NCBI GenBank assembly: GCA_024704765.1
Contig: JAKMXF010000110.1
Span: forward strand, 777,186 to 841,185
Origin: Oopsacas minuta
Lineage: Eukaryota; Animalia; Porifera
Direction: 5' to 3'
Length of the DNA: 64,000 nt
Shown: piece after piece, positions 58,520 to 64,000 of the stretch
How positions within the stretch are numbered: the first letter of the stretch is position 1
How the letters are laid out: every line of letters begins with the position of its first letter
Translations under genes and position numbers: made by a program
Notes under the pieces: generated by a model
Databases searched by the model: none
The model's input: the letters and a program-made list of their open reading frames with translations, nothing else
Told to the model about the DNA's origin: nothing

Positions 58520-58783
58520 ACTTGAAGTGAGAAATGCTGAAAAGTTAATTATCTTCCATCTCCAGGAAGTATTGGTGTCAGACACAAATGACATTTTAAT
58601 GGTTCCCACATTTCATTGTATCATTCAGACCCTGTGGGGGTCCTGACTTCATTAAGTTACTGTATTAACTCTTTTATACTTTATTGAATCTAAGTTATTA
58701 ATTATCTAATTATAACACAGAGTTACTATCTTGAAATGTATTAGCAACTAGACCACTTCCTAGTATCCATTTCTCAATAAGGA

Positions 58784-61700
58784 ATGCAGCCTGACACCTC
58801 TTCACAAGAACAATTACAGGTGAATGATTGTCTTCTTAGTTACCGGATATGTGTTATGCCATGTGTTTAGATATATACTAATTGGGCTAATTATTACCTG
58901 AGGAAGACCGGACACTCACCAACTGTTAAAAACCTGCAAACAGATCTGAAGGGAGGAGTTCTATTAGCCAGAATTATAGAAGCTGTTTGTTAGTTAATTA
59001 TTATTATTGTGTGTTCTGCCATCTTACTAGATTGTAGATTATTTCTTCTTTGTTTATAGTTGAATCTAACATTCCTGGTATAATATATGATCCCTCACAT
59101 CAAGCTCAAGAGGTTAATTATTGAACTTTTAGATTATTTCACACCTTTGTTGACTGTAAACTTTTACAATTCTATATTTGATAGTTGGATAATCTGTCAG
59201 CTTGTCTGGACTTTATACGGGACAGAGGTGTGACATTAGATGATGTCACCGACTCAGATATACACACGGGGAGTCTAGACGCTATATTTGCTCTATTCTA
59301 TGCTCTCTCAGTTCACAGACAGAAGATTAAAGGTATACAAATGCTATAGTATAGTTTAGAAACAAATAATGTTAGCTGTTAATTTGTTTTTGTAGCTGCA
59401 AGTATGAAACCACAAACATCTACACCTTTCCACTCAGCTGATACACAATTCCAGGAATCTCGCGCCACGCCACCCTCTGTCCCTCCCAAGAGCAAGAAAA
59501 TACCTAACAGTGAGTCAGATTCTGTAACCACCAGACTAGACATAAGGTAAAACTATAAGCTCTACAAATCTATTGGTTAACTTATTGGGCTATTTATAGA
59601 TCTTTTGGCTATAAGGAGTCTGTCAGGAAATCATCTTTGGAGGATTCTGAGAGTGCTCCTGTCAGTCGGGGAGGGTCCCTGGACAGGAAAGCCCTCCGAG
59701 AGGACCGATACGCCGGTAGAGTTGGGGACTCCTTCAGTGAGGAGCTACAGGGGCGGAGGAGGTACGGACTGAGCGGATCTCTGACCCCCCAAAATGACGG
59801 CAAGAAAAGTTCCAGCTGGTTGTCTGTCAGAGAGGCAGGCCGCTTGTCAGACAACAAGAGAGGTGAGATGTTATGTGAGGAGTATATCTTATTTGTTGTT
59901 TCAAATTTGTTTGTTTAGCCTCTAAGAATTTGAGTGTGAGAGAACTGGTAGCATTCCTGGAAAAAGGAGAAATTCCACCTGACTCTAATGGTTGTTATGA
60001 TCTTCAAAAATAATTCTACAGGTTTTATTTGTGTGTTTTAGAGGGAAAAAAGCTCCCAGCAGTTCCCCCTAAGCCTAGGCCCGGTCGTCTAGAGTCTGAA
60101 GATGAAATCTTTTCATTTCAACCTATCTCTGTACCAGATAGCGGGGCTATAGAGATGAGACATAGCTCCACACGAGAGGAATCCTCACAGGTTATATTAT
60201 GCATTTATTTAAAGTATTCCTATAATACTATATAGCTTACCGTCTGTTTGTATAGGTTGGATTGTTTTCCAGTAAATTCCTTCCTACCGATCCTGTCTGC
60301 CACGAGTATTCGCTACCTGCTACCCCGCCGCCGACCAGTAACACCTCTAATACAATGGACTTTACAGCTGTAAGATTTGTCACGTATTTTAGTTAATTTG
60401 TTTATTCTGAATTCTCCAGGCTGTTGCTCGCCCTGCTCTCGAATCCGCTCACAGAGACGGACCCCCCCTACCTCCCAGAAACCCGTCCATGCGTCCTGGG
60501 ACCTCGTACTCGATGCGGCGTGGAGAGAGCTTCCTTTCAGACGACAGGTTCACTACGGTCTCTCTCCTGACGGAACATGAACCCCCTGCTGAACCCGAGT
60601 CCATCCCGACCGTAACTCTAGGCCCCACTCATGTGACAACCTGTCTAGTTAATTCCGACAGACTCCCTTCTCCTAAAATGACTCAAACTGTATCCCTTAG
60701 TCCCCAGACCGGTACCACAGAGAGCGATCTGTCCAGTCCTGACCCTGTCCACGCCTTCCAGGCCTCTCCTCTTGTCCGAGGGATCTTAGAGCGGTCTCCG
60801 GAGGACAAACTCGACAGGAGCGGGAAGGGAGGATTAGTTGGTTGGGCTACTAAGTCTTTTAGGAAGATGAGTACTCCTAAACAGTCCAACAGGAAGAAAC
60901 TACCAATTCCAGACTCCCCGACATCTCCACACTTCAAATCTCATGGTCTTAAAAGGTAATCTATTTGTTTGTGTTTGTTGGATTGTTTGTTTACTTTATT
61001 TAATATTCAGAGCAAGCTCGGAATGGAACAACAGAACTCCAAAAAATAAAACTAACCCATCACAAGTGCAAGAAGAGGAAATGCGTCCCTCTACGATACA
61101 CCGGTCTGTCTCCATGTCTGAGAGTCTAGACCGCCGACCTAAGATCTTAGAGCTTGGTCCCTCCTCTTCCGACTACCGTCCTGCTCTCCCTGTCCGCCGC
61201 CCCGTTGGGGAGAAACCCCTCTCTCAGGAGATCCAAGAACTGCTCGAAGGGTTCGACATAACTCTATCTCCTCGTCCTGTGGTCCGGGACGGAGAATCTC
61301 CCAGCAATTTATACGCTAACCTTGGTGAAGACAGGAAAACCGAGCATCAGAGAGCTACCCCTGTTACTCTAGGTTAGTGCAAATTAACTATGTTTATTGA
61401 TTGGTTGTTTACAACTGTAATTCTGTAGACACAGTCAGTATTCCTGCTACTGTTGTATCGGATTACTCCGAGGAGCCAGCCAAGAGAGATGCTGTGTATA
61501 AGAGGTTACTATTTGCACAGGTTAGCTACTGTTATAATTATCTGTTATCTAGTCATTATATAGTCCCCTGTAGGATCAGCTAGCTCGACAGGGAGAGGAA
61601 TTACGAGAGCTGAGAGGAAGGATACAATTCATGGAACAGGCCCCTATCCTTGATCCCCTCACACCTGTATCCTCTGGACTACAGACGGACGGACAGAGCA

Positions 61701-63527
61701 GTGAGAAGAAGAAGCGGTCTAAACGTCGGTGGCTCTTGGGCAGGAAGGGACACAAGGGAGAGCTGGAGTTAGACGCAGATAGGTTTAGTATCCACAAAGA
61801 ATTAGAAAGATTACGTCATGAGAATTCTTATCTGCGGGAAGAAAACGCTCGTCTCAAAGGAGGGTATGTTCATAGAGAACGAGACACACCAAATGACATC
61901 ATGAGTCCGGTAGGGGAATCTGTAACCTCCAGCACTCCAACTGATGGTGGGTCTATGCAAATATGTCTCTTCGTTCTAACTAGGTATAGTTCTATTCAAT
62001 GAATATATTTACTGCATATTATCAAACCATTTGTGTTGTTAGGGATCATCACGATATGACTCAGGAGAGACTGATAGGAGCTGGCAAACTTGAACTAACA
62101 CCTAATCAGCTGACTTGGGAAAGGCTAGACAGAGAGGTGGTGTCAGGATTTATGTCTCACCTTAAATCTCTGGACAATAATTACCTGGGTCTAGAGGAGG
62201 ATGTGTTGTCCGCATATCTACTGGGCAAAATAAGGAGACAGCTGGGTGCCAGACAGATCGGATCAGAAGGACCTCTTGAGATTTTAAGGGAGATGCCTCG
62301 GCCTAATATCCTGATGGATTTACGCGCCCTTTCTCTCTCAAACCTATCTTACCAGCTATTGATTCCTCTCCGTATACTTCAGCAGTATGTAGACATTCTT
62401 TTGAGACAGAGACGTATCCTGGTTCTAGGACCCCCGGGGACTGGTAAGACACATCTGGTGGAGAGTTTGGGCCAATACGCGTGTCTTGTTTCTGCTCCAA
62501 GAGTGAGTCGCTCCGCATACAAACTATTCTCTGTTGGGAAGATGTCCTTACATAGCATAATGCAATCACTCAGTATGACACTCAAGCTAGAATCTGCTAA
62601 GGTATTTTATACTGCATTCCAATGCTACAGTATTGTATCCTATTAGAGGCAGATTACCTTCCAGCAACTGATAACAATTTTCTGTAGTAATTTAATTTAT
62701 TCTTTTTTAGGGGAAAGTATTCGTGTTTGACGGTGTGAAGAGTTCTGCCGATTTGGACAAGATTTGCAGCCTACTTCTCTCTGAGAAGTCCGACCCGCCC
62801 CATGCGCACTCTCCGTATATCCTCGCTACTCTTCGGTCTGACCAGACAGACGGCCTAAAGCCCGTATTACTACAGGTTAGTAGATATTGTATATTTATGT
62901 TATAGCTATTATATATTTCCTGTTTTAGCACGGATTATGGGTGGTGTCTTATTTGTGGCACAGAGAACCAGTGCTCGGTATTTTGGGTAGAATATTGAGA
63001 CAGAAACTCCTGCATTTACAACTGTCTTCTTCTGACAACTCAGCTTTATCTCAGCTCTCTGTAGAAATGGTTGATTGGCTTCCCGCTACTCTAGAGAAGA
63101 TCAACAACTTCATAGAATCTACGTATTCTTCTAGTGCAGTATTTGGTTAGATTTTGTTATTATAAATGTATAGAGACGTGTTTATAATATTTCACTGCCA
63201 AATTCTATTTCCCTTCTACTCATAGTGTGTATTATGCTACAGGAGCACAGCTACTTCATAAGTTTGTATCTTATCATTTACTTTATAGGTCCCGGGATAT
63301 TTTTGAAATGTCCGCTGGCTGGTTCCCCTCAACAAATTGAACTTTGGTTCTCTCAAACATTAGAAGAGTACATATTTCCATATTTGCGACAAATAGCTGG
63401 AAATTCTCTTAAACAGGACATATCTCTAACTGAGTTTATGCAACAAGTTCTCAGGACCTGTCCAATCAAATTCCTTTCAGAACAAAGTCACAAACTAGCG
63501 TCTTCAATTGTAGAATCTGAATTGTAA
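58784..63527 (+). CDS. Neuron navigator (UNC-53/NAV family): CH domain, coiled coils, AAA+ ATPase
   Basis: CH domain (IYTNWANYYLRK..LQTDLKGGVLLARII), Walker A GPPGTGKT (62428-62451), PYILATL, EPVLGILGRILRQKL and GPGIFLKCP..WFSQT..IFPYL. Confidence 0.9.
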
Positions 63528-63838
63528 AAGTCAGAACTACGAAACTAATAATTTTAAAAGATTGACCATATATTCAATTAAATGTTATTTTTCTTTACGA
63601 ATTATATCTCATAAATATGTATTAATTAAACAACAAAGTATTTTATTTGAGATGACATAAATGTGATCAAGTTACACAAGGAGATTATAATAATTATAAG
63701 GAAATGTGATTAACTACTATTGTGAAGAATAATGGCAAAATATACGAAAGAAATTAAGAGAGAAGAGACCGTCAATACGTAGCGTAATGTACTAAGGGGT
63801 TGGACAGTCCATATAGATATGTGTTCTAATACTTACTG

Positions 63839-64000
63839 GGAATGCTCTTAAAATTCTAAGAAATGTCCCTATAAGCAATGCTCTTATAATTCTAAGAAAT
63901 GCCCTATAAGGAATGCTCTTATAATTCTAAGAAATGCCCCTATAAGGAATGCTCTTATAATTCTAAGAAATGTCCCTATAAGGAATGCTCTTATAATTCT
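63839..64000. repeat. 35-36 bp minisatellite, at least 4.5 units, runs off window end
   Basis: Unit GGAATGCTCTTATAATTCTAAGAAATGYCCCTATAA starts at 63839, 63875, 63910, 63946 and 63982, head to tail without spacers. Confidence 0.95.

Noticed and set aside
63839-64000. 36-bp repeats as a CRISPR array
   Set aside because: Units are contiguous with no unique spacers, there are no cas genes, and the context is eukaryotic.

Overview
Eukaryotic, AT-rich, very gene-dense animal DNA with mostly 50-150 bp GT-AG introns. Gene content and compactness suggest a sponge, most likely a glass sponge such as Oopsacas (inference, not verified). I reconstructed about 24 protein-coding genes by hand from splice signals and recalled homology: two tandem intronless GABA-B-type class C GPCRs, the 3' end of transportin-3, TENT2/GLD-2, RBM8A, two orphan genes, a plant-type TIM21-like gene, an LRR-EGF-mucin receptor, a small Tyr-rich membrane protein, STK33, DERA, a THSD7-like protein, a tetraspanin, an O-fucosyltransferase-like protein, TSG101, STRAP, an ITIH-like VIT-vWA protein, QNG1, a WASP-like WH1-CRIB protein, a MYPT/PPP1R12 subunit and a neuron navigator. 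The window also holds a selenocysteine tRNA gene, a pogo-type MITE, a dispersed ~120 bp hairpin repeat and several tandem repeats. Most notable: (1) long same-strand gene runs with tiny gaps and a YAG acceptor just before many start codons, suggesting operons resolved by spliced-leader trans-splicing; (2) intronless same-strand ORFs nested in long introns of DERA and STRAP; (3) a highly iterated 10-bp palindrome, ATCAGCTGAT, in coding and non-coding DNA; (4) a WASP-like module lacking the VCA domain directly upstream of MYPT. Homology calls are from memory, not database searches, and some exon boundaries are approximate.
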